The position numbers were made by a program, and so were the translations under genes. From an uncultured archaeon (lineage in GTDB: Archaea; Thermoproteota; Bathyarchaeia; 40CM-2-53-6; CALIRQ01): a stretch of DNA of 64,000 nt. The notes under the pieces were generated by a model. That model ran no database searches and was not told the DNA's origin. It worked only from the letters and a program-made list of their open reading frames with translations. Each line of letters begins with the position of its first letter. Position 1 is the first letter of the stretch. Positions 54,240-63,456 of this stretch are shown here, one piece after another. Where the stretch lies: NCBI GenBank assembly GCA_938042195.1, contig CALIRQ010000009.1, positions 1,443 through 65,442 on the forward strand. Direction: 5' to 3'.

Positions 54240-55304
54240 GTGCCTCAATACGTGGAAAAGTATTTCTATCTTCGCGATGAAAGGATCCAGTCGAGTCGGG
54301 CTGGCTTGACCATATCAGACCTTTATGGGAGGTCCATCACGGGCATCAGGATCGCGCTGACGCAAAGGTGCAATCTCCGCTGCCTCTATTGCCATAGGGA
54401 GGGGGAACGGGGAGAGGGGGCGGAGATGACATCGGAGGAGATCTCGGAGATCGTCAGGTTGGCCAGCGGTTTCGGCATAAGGGCCGTGAAGCTGACGGGC
54501 GGGGAGCCCCTCTTGAGGGAGGACATAGTGGAAGTAGTTGGCGGGATCAAGCGCGGGGCCCAAGTGGAAGACCTCTCGATGACCACCAACGGAACGCTCC
54601 TCGCCGATTTAGCCAGGGACCTGAAGGCCTCTGGGCTGGATCGGGTGAACGTTAGCTTGGATACTTTGGATAGGGGGACCTATGAGCGCATCACCGGGTC
54701 CGACCGCCTCGGGGACGTCATCTCCGGTATAGAGGCGGCGGCGGGGGCAGGGTTGAAACCGATCAAGCTAAACATGGTCGTCATGAGGGGGATAAACGAT
54801 GGAGAGGTTTGGAGCATGGTGGAGTTCGCGAAGAGCGTTGGCGCCATCCTCCAATTGATAGAGCTGGAGGCCCTTTTCGATGATGAGATATATGGGAGAT
54901 ATCACTTGGACCTCCTTGGCGTTGAGAAAGAGCTCGAAAAACGATCGAGCAGTGTGGAGGTCAGGCCGCTTCATCACAGGCGGAGATATCTCCTGAAGGG
55001 GGGCGGGGAGGTGGAGGTGGTTAGGCCGATGCACAACTCGGAGTTTTGTGCCAATTGCAAACGCATGAGGGTCACATCGGACGGCAAGCTCAAGCCCTGC
55101 CTAATGCGGGAAGATAACCTCGTCGACCTGATCGCCCTAATGAGGGAGGGGGCCGACCCGAGAAGGCTCAAGTCGGCGTTCCTAGAAGCGGTCGGCCTCA
55201 GGGCTCCGTTCTTCGGGGAGGCGACTCGCGCGGGGGGCATTGAGAGGCCAACGATGGATCGCCGGCTTGGGGGCCGCGGAGATATGGCCCCTCCGCAAGG
55301 GTAG
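54240..55304 (+). CDS. moaA: GTP 3',8-cyclase MoaA (radical SAM)
   Basis: CNLRCLYCH radical-SAM cluster, GGEPLLR and C-terminal CANCKRMRVTSDGKLKPCL second cluster. Confidence 0.85.
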   Translation: MPQYVEKYFYLRDERIQSSRAGLTISDLYGRSITGIRIALTQRCNLRCLYCHREGERGEGAEMTSEEISEIVRLASGFGIRAVKLTGGEPLLREDIVEVVGGIKRGAQVEDLSMTTNGTLLADLARDLKASGLDRVNVSLDTLDRGTYERITGSDRLGDVISGIEAAAGAGLKPIKLNMVVMRGINDGEVWSMVEFAKSVGAILQLIELEALFDDEIYGRYHLDLLGVEKELEKRSSSVEVRPLHHRRRYLLKGGGEVEVVRPMHNSEFCANCKRMRVTSDGKLKPCLMREDNLVDLIALMREGADPRRLKSAFLEAVGLRAPFFGEATRAGGIERPTMDRRLGGRGDMAPPQG

Positions 55305-55322
55305 TCCCATAATTCGGCCCGA

Positions 55323-57827
55323 TCACTCACGAGGGAGCGGCCATCCATCCCAAAGGAAGAACTCCAAGCGAGTTTCCGACGCCCATTCGACGCGAAGATC
55401 CATCGATTTGGAGCCGTATCCCTCCGCCGCCACACCTATGGCATATTCGCCCTTCGGGAGCCAGAGCTCGAAGCGGCCATCGAGGGAGCAGGTGAAGGCC
55501 TCGGTCCTATGGGCGCTAACCCCGGCCCAAGATATGGGCCTCGGCCTGCCTAGGAAGTCGAGGCCGAAAACCATCCCGCTCACCTTCCCCAGCTTCTCAA
55601 GGCTTACGATGACCGAAACCGATCCGGGGCTGCGAGCCTCGAACTCCACCCTGCGCGTTTGCTCATAGCCGGGGACCAAGACCCTTATGGAGTATTCGCC
55701 CGGTAGCAACCCCCAATCCTTTTGTGGATATCCATCGGTGGTATCGTAGAAGTTTGCCCATCTCATGGCCGGGTTGCCAGCATATCTTTCGAACCCCGAT
55801 ACGATTAAGCTGCATTTATATTCATCATGCCTTATGGTAGTTATCTTCGCGCCCACCATCCCGCCCCTTCGGTCGTAGAGCTCGACCCTTAGGGAGGCTT
55901 TCCTCCCAATATGCTTCGGGATCCCCTCCTCCTTGAGGACCACCGTCAGGTCAACGTCGACCCCCTTCTCCAAGTCTATCTCTACGTGGCTCGTCGAGTT
56001 CAGGTATACGGGAACGAGGACCGGGGCCCGTTGGATGTAGCCCACCGTGTACGCCATCAGCATATAATCCCCGGGTTCCAAGCCCGTGTAAATACCGCCG
56101 TATTCGATATTGACCGCAGAATCGGAGGCGGGCTGGGTGGCGTTCAGGATCGCGACCACCTCGCCGAGCCAATTTACGACCTCGACATTTATCCTAGACC
56201 CGGGGTGGGCCCAAGGCCTCGGGGCCCGCGGCTTCTCCCAATCCATTGAGGTTATCGTTATGTTTAAGCGCCCTCCCTTGACCATCTCGAGGCTTACCTT
56301 CGTCAATGAGCACCCGGTGCCAACGGTGGCTATCAGGGGCTGGAGTTGAAGGTATCCCCCAGCATCCACCTCGATCCAATAGTCGCCCGGTGGCAAGCCG
56401 TAATCGAATGAGCCGCGATAATTGCGCAGGCCCCTCAACTCAATGGATGCTTGGGAGTCCCCGGGATCGGCATGGGAGAAGCTCAGGGCCGAGAGCCGGC
56501 CCCTGGAATCGTAGGCCCTCGCCCTAATCCAAGTGCGCCCGGTTAACTTCGAGACGGCCTTCGCCCCCGGGAGGTCCTTGAAGTTCAACATCACCTCTAA
56601 CCGACCGCTCCTATGGAGGTCCATCTCGAGGTCGATGGACGAGGTCCCGTTATGGGCGCTTATCACGTAATCCCTCGTTTGTATGTATCCCCATACATAG
56701 GCCCTAACGTAGTAATCGCCCGGCGGGATGCCGGAAACATAGGTCGCATAGTCTTGGGGAACGTGTCCCGTGTACTCGGTGGCGTTCAGCGAGAGCTCGT
56801 GGTTATAGGAATCCTCATCCGTGTAATGGAGGGGGGAGGGCACCCCGGGGAAGGAGGTGCTGGCTATGGACCTGAGATTCATATCGAGGAGCTCCACGGC
56901 GATCGGCAATTTCTCGCCCCAGCGGATTGGCCTCCCACAGCATTTCGACCAGACCGTTATGTTCGCGATTAGCCCCTCGCCTATGTAGGCGTCGATGCCC
57001 TCCAGCGATTGGCCCTTATGGACCGATATGGGCCGGTCGAGGGTCATGGGCGGAAAACCGCTGGCGGAGAACGTAAGGTTGTACGTGCCCTCGGCCAAGC
57101 CATAGAGCGTATAGGCGCCATTCGCCAATTCATTGAAGTAAGCAACGGCCTCGACCCTCCTCCCACCCGGGGTCAGGCCGCTCGCTAGGACCTTTCCAGG
57201 CCTAGTCAAGGGCTTACCATAGCGCCCGAGGTCGGGTCCCCCATAGCGCACCGTGCCCGATACATAGGCCGGATTTATGTCCGCCTCCACGACGATCGTT
57301 GGGAAGTTCTCGGCCCCTATCGATATCGTTTCGTTCACGAAGACTTTGAAAAAATATCTCCCAGCCACAGAGGGCGCTGTTAAGTTGAAGAGCCTCAGGG
57401 CGCATCCGTATCCCTCATATCCCATTTTCGGCGATGTTACGTTTAATACCCTCACCCTCCACCAGCCCGGGGCCCTCGCATCCCAAGAGTCCATAGCCCT
57501 CACCGAGATCAGGTTATAGTCGCTAGTGGCATTGGTCCAAACGTTCGATGTATCGCCTTGGTTCAGCCCCTGGAACTCCGGGGGTATGTAGACGTCGATG
57601 GAGCTGTAATTGCCCTTCAGGGTCAGCTCGAAGAGGAGGTCCCCATTTGCACCCACTAGGATCGAGCTATTGGGATAGCTCAGGCGCACGAGGGCCGATG
57701 AGTCCCCGAGGAAGAGGGAATAGCGCCCGGGCGATACCCGAGCAGTTTCGCCTGAGGCATGGGCCCAAGGGGATGGGGCCAGCAAGAGCAAAAGGATGGC
57801 AACGGTCGCCCCTCGTATCCCGGCCAC
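55323..57827 (-). CDS. large secreted surface glycoprotein with at least 6 carboxypeptidase-regulatory-like (transthyretin-fold) repeats
   Basis: Signal peptide (AILLLLLAPSPWAHA). Repeated G(L/I)xPG(D/E)Y...V...GY motif. Many N-x-S/T sequons. No C-terminal anchor. Confidence 0.6.
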   Translation of the reverse strand: MAGIRGATVAILLLLLAPSPWAHASGETARVSPGRYSLFLGDSSALVRLSYPNSSILVGANGDLLFELTLKGNYSSIDVYIPPEFQGLNQGDTSNVWTNATSDYNLISVRAMDSWDARAPGWWRVRVLNVTSPKMGYEGYGCALRLFNLTAPSVAGRYFFKVFVNETISIGAENFPTIVVEADINPAYVSGTVRYGGPDLGRYGKPLTRPGKVLASGLTPGGRRVEAVAYFNELANGAYTLYGLAEGTYNLTFSASGFPPMTLDRPISVHKGQSLEGIDAYIGEGLIANITVWSKCCGRPIRWGEKLPIAVELLDMNLRSIASTSFPGVPSPLHYTDEDSYNHELSLNATEYTGHVPQDYATYVSGIPPGDYYVRAYVWGYIQTRDYVISAHNGTSSIDLEMDLHRSGRLEVMLNFKDLPGAKAVSKLTGRTWIRARAYDSRGRLSALSFSHADPGDSQASIELRGLRNYRGSFDYGLPPGDYWIEVDAGGYLQLQPLIATVGTGCSLTKVSLEMVKGGRLNITITSMDWEKPRAPRPWAHPGSRINVEVVNWLGEVVAILNATQPASDSAVNIEYGGIYTGLEPGDYMLMAYTVGYIQRAPVLVPVYLNSTSHVEIDLEKGVDVDLTVVLKEEGIPKHIGRKASLRVELYDRRGGMVGAKITTIRHDEYKCSLIVSGFERYAGNPAMRWANFYDTTDGYPQKDWGLLPGEYSIRVLVPGYEQTRRVEFEARSPGSVSVIVSLEKLGKVSGMVFGLDFLGRPRPISWAGVSAHRTEAFTCSLDGRFELWLPKGEYAIGVAAEGYGSKSMDLRVEWASETRLEFFLWDGWPLPRE

Positions 57828-57889
57828 GGCTCCCTCGCGCCCCCATGGCTATGGTCAAGTGCCCCCGCTTCCCCGCTCCCGGGAGCCGC

Positions 57890-59131
57890 TCACTCCTTCC
57901 TCAAGGCCACGACGGGCTCCAGCCCGGAGGCCCTCCACGCCGGATACAACCCGGCGCCGATGGATAAGAGCATGGAGAGGCCCCATACCGATGCCAAGTC
58001 TTGGGGGTAGAATATGGGCTTCATGCCGGCGGCGGCCCCGCCGAACCTGAATATGGGCATAGCCCCGAGCCCGAGGTTGGCGATGAGGATCCCGACCACG
58101 ATCCCGATCGTGCCCCCGATCAGGCCTATTATTATGGCCTCGTCCAAGAAGAGCAACAGTATGGAGGAATTATTGAAGCCCAAGGCCTTTAGGAGCCCGA
58201 TCTCCTTTATACGCTCCGTAACGGATGTATAAAGGGTCGTTATTATGCCCACGGCCCCCACCACGAGCGAAACCACGGCGACGCTCTGTATATATGTCGA
58301 AATGCCCGCGAGGAGCGATTGGATATTCTGCGCTATGGCCCTGGGCGATATCACGCCTATATTGCCCCCATATTTATCCCTGATCCTCTTCTCGACATCC
58401 GCGTTTATGGATGGATCCGCCGTTACCACATACAACCCATCATACTTCCCAGATCTCCTGAACAGGGAGTTGGCGGCGGATAACGAAATATAGGCCACCC
58501 TATCCGTTTGCACCCCGTAAGCGGCCAATATCCCCTTCACTTGGAATCCCCTGCTCTCGGTCACGGTCTTTTGTATATTCCCAGAACTTTCCACCCTGGA
58601 ATGTTTCACAACGACGCTCTGCCCAAAGGTGGCGAATGAGCCCGAGAGAGCCGGCGGATGAGCCACCTCATAGCCCAAGACGACCCCTGTCGAATCATGC
58701 TTGCTCAAGAGCGATCCCTCGTCGAGCTGGAGGCCGGGATATACGCTTAGGAGCTTGGATTGATCTATGCCGATCAGGTTGATGCGCCTGCTCCTCCCCC
58801 CGGCGCTTATCTCCACTGAGTCCGAGAAGAACGGGACGACCTCCTTGACACCCGATAACGACTTTATAGTATTAACAGTTTGATCGTTGAAGGTTATGCC
58901 GGTCCCGCCCCCTCCGCCGGGGCCCCGGAACGGCGATGGGTTAACGATCAGGACGTTCGCGGCGAACCTGCTGAACTGCTCGTTGACGTAAGCGGATGTC
59001 CCCGCGTTCATACCGTTGAGGGTTGTCATCAAAGCGGAGCCGACGAGCACCATCAGGATCGTCAAGCCCGACCTGAGCTTCCGCTCCTTTATCGCCTCGA
59101 AGGCCAGCTTAGTCAATTCGAACCCGTTCAT
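57890..59131 (-). CDS. MacB/FtsX-type ABC transporter permease
   Basis: N-terminal TM, large extracytoplasmic domain and C-terminal FtsX 3-TM bundle. Confidence 0.8.
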   Translation of the reverse strand: MNGFELTKLAFEAIKERKLRSGLTILMVLVGSALMTTLNGMNAGTSAYVNEQFSRFAANVLIVNPSPFRGPGGGGGTGITFNDQTVNTIKSLSGVKEVVPFFSDSVEISAGGRSRRINLIGIDQSKLLSVYPGLQLDEGSLLSKHDSTGVVLGYEVAHPPALSGSFATFGQSVVVKHSRVESSGNIQKTVTESRGFQVKGILAAYGVQTDRVAYISLSAANSLFRRSGKYDGLYVVTADPSINADVEKRIRDKYGGNIGVISPRAIAQNIQSLLAGISTYIQSVAVVSLVVGAVGIITTLYTSVTERIKEIGLLKALGFNNSSILLLFLDEAIIIGLIGGTIGIVVGILIANLGLGAMPIFRFGGAAAGMKPIFYPQDLASVWGLSMLLSIGAGLYPAWRASGLEPVVALRKE

Positions 59132-60018
59132 TGGGATCGCCGAACCCTGCGTTTTTTCCTAATATAAAGGATGGCGATTGCGACCACCACCAGGATCGAT
59201 ACGGCAAGCGCGAAGTTCCATTGCAGGTATAAGGGCCCGCTCGATGCCCCGCCGCGGGCCTGCGGGACCTGGGATATTGGAACCTCCACAGGGATCGATA
59301 GGGAATGCCTCTCGGACAGATCGTCCAAGTAGGTCAATACAATCGTCAGGGGATACGTGCCGTTTTGGGTCCTCTCCCTAACCCTTACGTAGAGGGTGAA
59401 TGGGGCGGGCGAGTTCGGATCTATCTGGCCCAAGTAGCTTGTGCTCTCGTCCAAGGGCTCGAAGGGCTGGCGCGGAATTACGCTTACGTTGGCGTACATG
59501 GCAGCAATGTTGCCTTGGTTAAGGACCGTGCCGGCAAGCGCCAGCCTGGCCCCTGGGAAGGCGGGCTTGGGATCGAGCGAGAGGCCGTATACGACCATCT
59601 TTATCCAACCGCGGACGAAGATGTTGAAGGCATAGGTTTCCGTGTAGTAGGATACATAGCCCAATCTCTTATAGCTTATGGTTACCGAGCATGGGTAGGT
59701 ATTTCCAACGGAGCCCGACGGCGCATATATTGTGACAGGCAACGACTCGGAGGAGCCCTTCCTAAGGGATTCCATCCTCCAGCTGCTCGGCCCTATGGCG
59801 ACCAGCGGTGACGGAACGCTCAGGGCTATGGTGAGATCGTAGAGGTCCTCGTAGTTGTTGGATATTTTTATCCAGAGCGATTCATTAAAACCTGCGACCA
59901 CGAAGTTCCTCGAGGCCGTGACCTCCAGCCTGAGCACCGCCGCTGAGCAAGGGATCGATGTCCCCAAGGGGGCCAAGAGCAGGACGATGAGGATGAGTTG
60001 GGGCTTGAGGGATTTCAT
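59128..60018 (-). CDS. extracytoplasmic beta-sandwich protein with C-terminal TM anchor (COG1361-like ABC-associated S-layer-domain protein)
   Basis: Signal peptide; two predicted beta-rich domains; C-terminal NFALAVSILVVVAIAILYIRKKRRVRR. Both ends overlap flanking ABC genes by 4 nt. Confidence 0.5.
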   Translation of the reverse strand: MKSLKPQLILIVLLLAPLGTSIPCSAAVLRLEVTASRNFVVAGFNESLWIKISNNYEDLYDLTIALSVPSPLVAIGPSSWRMESLRKGSSESLPVTIYAPSGSVGNTYPCSVTISYKRLGYVSYYTETYAFNIFVRGWIKMVVYGLSLDPKPAFPGARLALAGTVLNQGNIAAMYANVSVIPRQPFEPLDESTSYLGQIDPNSPAPFTLYVRVRERTQNGTYPLTIVLTYLDDLSERHSLSIPVEVPISQVPQARGGASSGPLYLQWNFALAVSILVVVAIAILYIRKKRRVRRSQ

Positions 60019-61184
60019 CTCCCCCCACCGGTCAAGACTTCTTCCCTCTCGACGAGGCCATCCCTTAAATATATTATCCTATCCGATTTCCTCGCGAGCT
60101 CCAAGTTATGGGTGACGACTATTATGGTGGCGTTCCTCTCCCTATTCGCCTTCCTCAACATCTCCCACACCTCCCTCCCCGCCTTCGAATCCAAATTCCC
60201 GGTCGGCTCATCGGCCAATATGAAGGTTGGGGCGTTCATCAAGGCCCTCGCTATCGCCACCCTCTGCTGCTCCCCACCGCTCAAGGTCGTCGGCTTCTGC
60301 TGAAGCTTGGACCCAATCCCCATCGCCTCCAGCAAATCCCTCGCCCTCCTAGCCCTCTCCGATTTCGGCAAACCCTTCACTATGGAGGGGAGCTCGACGT
60401 TCTGAAGGACATTGGCCCTCTGAACGAGGTTATACGCTTGGAAGACGAACCCTATCTTCTCGTTCCTGAATTTCGCAAGCTCCCCATCGTTCATCCGGGA
60501 GATGTCCACGCCATCTATGTATATCTTACCCCCGGAGGGCTTATCGAGCGCCCCGAGCAGGTTGAGCAATGTGGATTTTCCGCATCCCGAGGGCCCAACT
60601 ATGCATACAAATTCCCCCCTCTTGACCTCTAAGTTCACGCCGCGAAGGGCCGGAATCTCGACCAAGCCCGTCTTATAGACCTTCGTTAGGTCAACTACCT
60701 TGACGGCGAGATCCTCCCTCACGGGCGATCGGGCCTCCGGGCGCTCAAGGATCGGCACCGCCGGCCTCAGCGTGGCCAATGATGCCAAAAGGGCTAAGGA
60801 GTAGAAGAGGAGGGGCATCAGGAACGGAGAGGGGCGGAGGGCGGCGAGGAGGGCCATCAGCTCCGATCCCGTCGGCCCGCCAATCAAATAGGCCAACCCT
60901 AGCGCTGAGGCGAGGGCCATCGCGTAATCGCCCCGGGGGGAGGCCCTAAGGATGCCGTAGATCGCGGCCGCGATGACCATCGCGGGGATCGCCGCCGAAT
61001 AAAGATCGATTTGATTCCTATTCCCGATCAAGGGCAGGCCCATATTGAGCGCGGCGGCGCCAAGCAGCAGGATCGCACCGGTGCCTTGGGCGAAGGATCT
61101 CTGAGATCTCTGCATAACGGCGGAGACCCCTTCCATGGAGAAGCCATCGGCGATAATAATCTTTTTTCTCACCCCACCATCCAC
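60015..61184 (-). CDS. ABC transporter ATP-binding protein (LolD/MacB-like) with about 150-aa N-terminal four-TM extension
   Basis: Walker A GPSGCGKST, LSGGEQQRVAIARAL and Walker B ILADEPTGNLD. The N-terminal hydrophobic region is in-frame. An internal GTG near 60738 preceded by GGAGG could alternatively start a canonical ATPase. Confidence 0.75.
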   Translation of the reverse strand: MDGGVRKKIIIADGFSMEGVSAVMQRSQRSFAQGTGAILLLGAAALNMGLPLIGNRNQIDLYSAAIPAMVIAAAIYGILRASPRGDYAMALASALGLAYLIGGPTGSELMALLAALRPSPFLMPLLFYSLALLASLATLRPAVPILERPEARSPVREDLAVKVVDLTKVYKTGLVEIPALRGVNLEVKRGEFVCIVGPSGCGKSTLLNLLGALDKPSGGKIYIDGVDISRMNDGELAKFRNEKIGFVFQAYNLVQRANVLQNVELPSIVKGLPKSERARRARDLLEAMGIGSKLQQKPTTLSGGEQQRVAIARALMNAPTFILADEPTGNLDSKAGREVWEMLRKANRERNATIIVVTHNLELARKSDRIIYLRDGLVEREEVLTGGGR

Positions 61185-61404
61185 CCCCTTCCATATCCAG
61201 AATGTCTAGAAGTTGCTGCCCTGACCAACTCCCTCGCCTCCCGCTTTCCAAACCTGCCCATATAATAAGATTGTGCAACATTGTTACAGAATGGAGGAGG
61301 CGCCATTAGCTGCAGTAATCTCTAGCGATCCGGCATCGATCAAAGGCTTCGGTCCGATCCGTGTCGGCGATCATTTCCAAATCGTCATTGGAGAAGCTCA
61401 GATA

Positions 61405-61416
61405 TGTTTATAACTA
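61405..61416 (+). promoter_or_regulatory. TATA-like box upstream of the rubredoxin gene
   Basis: tgtttataacta sits about 35 nt upstream of the GTG start. Confidence 0.3.
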
Positions 61417-61448
61417 TGAGATAAAGATGGGATACCAGGTGACAGTTC

Positions 61449-61610
61449 GTGGAGAGGTATAGGTGCACGATTTGCGGATATATTTATGATCCCGAGAAGG
61501 GGGATCCTGAGTCTGGAGTTATCCCCGGAACTCCATTCAATGATTTGCCGGACGACTGGGTTTGCCCGCTCTGCGGGGCAGGGAAGGATTCATTCGAAAG
61601 GTTGGATTGA
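61449..61610 (+). CDS. rub: rubredoxin (53 aa, GTG start)
   Basis: Hand translation (M)[52 protein letters not shown] with two CxxCG knuckles. Absent from the ORF track. Its stop TGA sits 1 nt before the FprA ATG. Confidence 0.8.
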   Translation: MERYRCTICGYIYDPEKGDPESGVIPGTPFNDLPDDWVCPLCGAGKDSFERLD

Positions 61611-61611
61611 T

Positions 61612-62802
61612 ATGGTCGTCAGGAAATTGGGGGATGGCGTATACTCGGTTGGCGCGATCCATTGGGATAGGAGGCTCTTCGATGAGCTCATACCTTTGCC
61701 GGATGGCACCAGCTATAATGCCTACTTGGTGAGGGGCAGCGAGAGGACCGCATTGATAGATGCCGTCGATCCGACGAAGGCTCGCGAGCTCATCGATAAC
61801 CTAAAAGGGCTCGGGGTTAAGGAGATCGATTATATAATCTCCAATCACGCCGAGCAGGATCACTCCGGGGCCATACCAGATGTCCTGAGGGCGTTCCCGG
61901 GCGCGAGGGTCGTGACGAATCCGAAATGTAAGGAGATGTTAATGCAACTCCTCCTCATACCGGAGGGCGAGTTCATGACTGTGGTGGATGGAGAGGAGGT
62001 TTCGCTTGGGGATAGGACCCTCAAGTTCATCTATGCTCCATGGGTCCATTGGCCCGAAACCATGCTGACCTACCTGGAAGAAGACGGCATATTATTCACC
62101 TGCGATCTATTCGGCTCCCACCTGGCCACCTCGGATCTCTACGCCACCGATGAGGAGAGGGTCTACGAAGCCGCTAAGCGCTATTATGCGGAGATCATGA
62201 TGCCCTTCAGGGCTACCATAAGGAGGCATTTGGAGAAGATAAAGGGCTTTAGGCTCGAAATGATAGCAACGAGCCATGGCCCGATTTACAATGAGCCCGA
62301 TTTCATCCTGAAGGCCTACGGGGATTGGGTTTCGGATTACGTGAAGAACGAGGTCGTCATAGCCTATGTTTCCATGCATGGCAGCACGGGCAAGATGGTC
62401 GATTATTTCATCGATGCCTTGATCGAGAGGGGGATAACCGCGAAGCCCTTCAATTTGACGAAGACGGACATAGGGGAGCTGGCCATGGCCCTGGTCGATG
62501 CCGCCACGATCGTTATCGGCTCCCCAACGGTCCTAGCGGGGCCACATCCCAGCGCCCTTTACGCTACCTATTTGGCGAGCGCGCTCAGGCCGAAGCTGAG
62601 GTACGCCTCCGTGATAAGCTCCTACGGATGGGGGGAGAGGGCCATTGAGTATTTGAAGGGCATGTTGACCCATCTGAAGGCGGAGGTCCTCGAGCCGGTC
62701 GTCGCGATGGGACATCCGAAAGAGGGGGACTTCAAAGCCTTGGATAGGCTGGCTGATGAGATCCTGAAGAGGCATCAGGAGGATGCCCTAGTGAGGAAAT
62801 AG
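61612..62802 (+). CDS. fprA: flavodiiron protein (FprA; MBL-like diiron + flavodoxin domains)
   Basis: HAEQDHSG diiron motif and C-terminal flavodoxin fold (VIAYVSMHGSTGKM). Internal ATG of ORF 61486. Confidence 0.85.
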   Translation: MVVRKLGDGVYSVGAIHWDRRLFDELIPLPDGTSYNAYLVRGSERTALIDAVDPTKARELIDNLKGLGVKEIDYIISNHAEQDHSGAIPDVLRAFPGARVVTNPKCKEMLMQLLLIPEGEFMTVVDGEEVSLGDRTLKFIYAPWVHWPETMLTYLEEDGILFTCDLFGSHLATSDLYATDEERVYEAAKRYYAEIMMPFRATIRRHLEKIKGFRLEMIATSHGPIYNEPDFILKAYGDWVSDYVKNEVVIAYVSMHGSTGKMVDYFIDALIERGITAKPFNLTKTDIGELAMALVDAATIVIGSPTVLAGPHPSALYATYLASALRPKLRYASVISSYGWGERAIEYLKGMLTHLKAEVLEPVVAMGHPKEGDFKALDRLADEILKRHQEDALVRK

Positions 62803-62863
62803 GACTGCAAATTAAACCCTCAAGGTTGGGGCGTCCAAAAAAGTGGAAAAAAGAGTGGGGAAA

Positions 62864-63310
62864 TCAGTAGCTGCTCCCTTGTATCCCAAGCAGGAGCTCC
62901 AGTTCCGTTATGTGCTCTTGCTCCTCCATCAATATGTGCCTCACTTCGTGTTCGAGCAAGAAGTCGTAATATCCCCGCCCCCTATCCTTCGAGAGCTCCT
63001 CCAGGATCTTCCTGTAAGTGTCCACGGCTATCTTCTCGTCCTTCAGGTTCACCCTGAGGATCTCGTCCAGGCTCTTCGCCGGATGGGTCTCGGCCATCCC
63101 CATGCTCGGCACTCCTCCAAGGAGGCCTATTAGGGTCCTGAACTTCTCCTGGTGCTTATTTTCGTCATCGGCGATCTCCTTCAGCCTCTCGATTATTGGC
63201 TCCGCATTTATTCCATCCACGACCTCGGCATGGCTCAGGTATTGGACGAAGGCCGCATGCTCCAATTCCAGCGCGTGGTTCAGCAGCTCCAGAATCTTCT
63301 CCTTCGCCAA
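62864..63310 (-). CDS. ferritin-like diiron protein (rubrerythrin/bacterioferritin superfamily)
   Basis: Four ExxH-type motifs (LELEH, ENKHQE, EHEVRH, EEQEH) in a four-helix arrangement. Confidence 0.6.
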   Translation of the reverse strand: MAKEKILELLNHALELEHAAFVQYLSHAEVVDGINAEPIIERLKEIADDENKHQEKFRTLIGLLGGVPSMGMAETHPAKSLDEILRVNLKDEKIAVDTYRKILEELSKDRGRGYYDFLLEHEVRHILMEEQEHITELELLLGIQGSSY

Positions 63311-63456
63311 GCCATATCCCTTATTACCATTGGGCTGAGCTCTTTTTATGTTTTATCTTTATCGGTTAATTCCAATTAATTCTCAGATGCAGGGGCTAAT
63401 GGAGCGAATGGGGCACCCGGCAGTTTTATTTTGGTCACGGAATAGGATTGGTCCCA

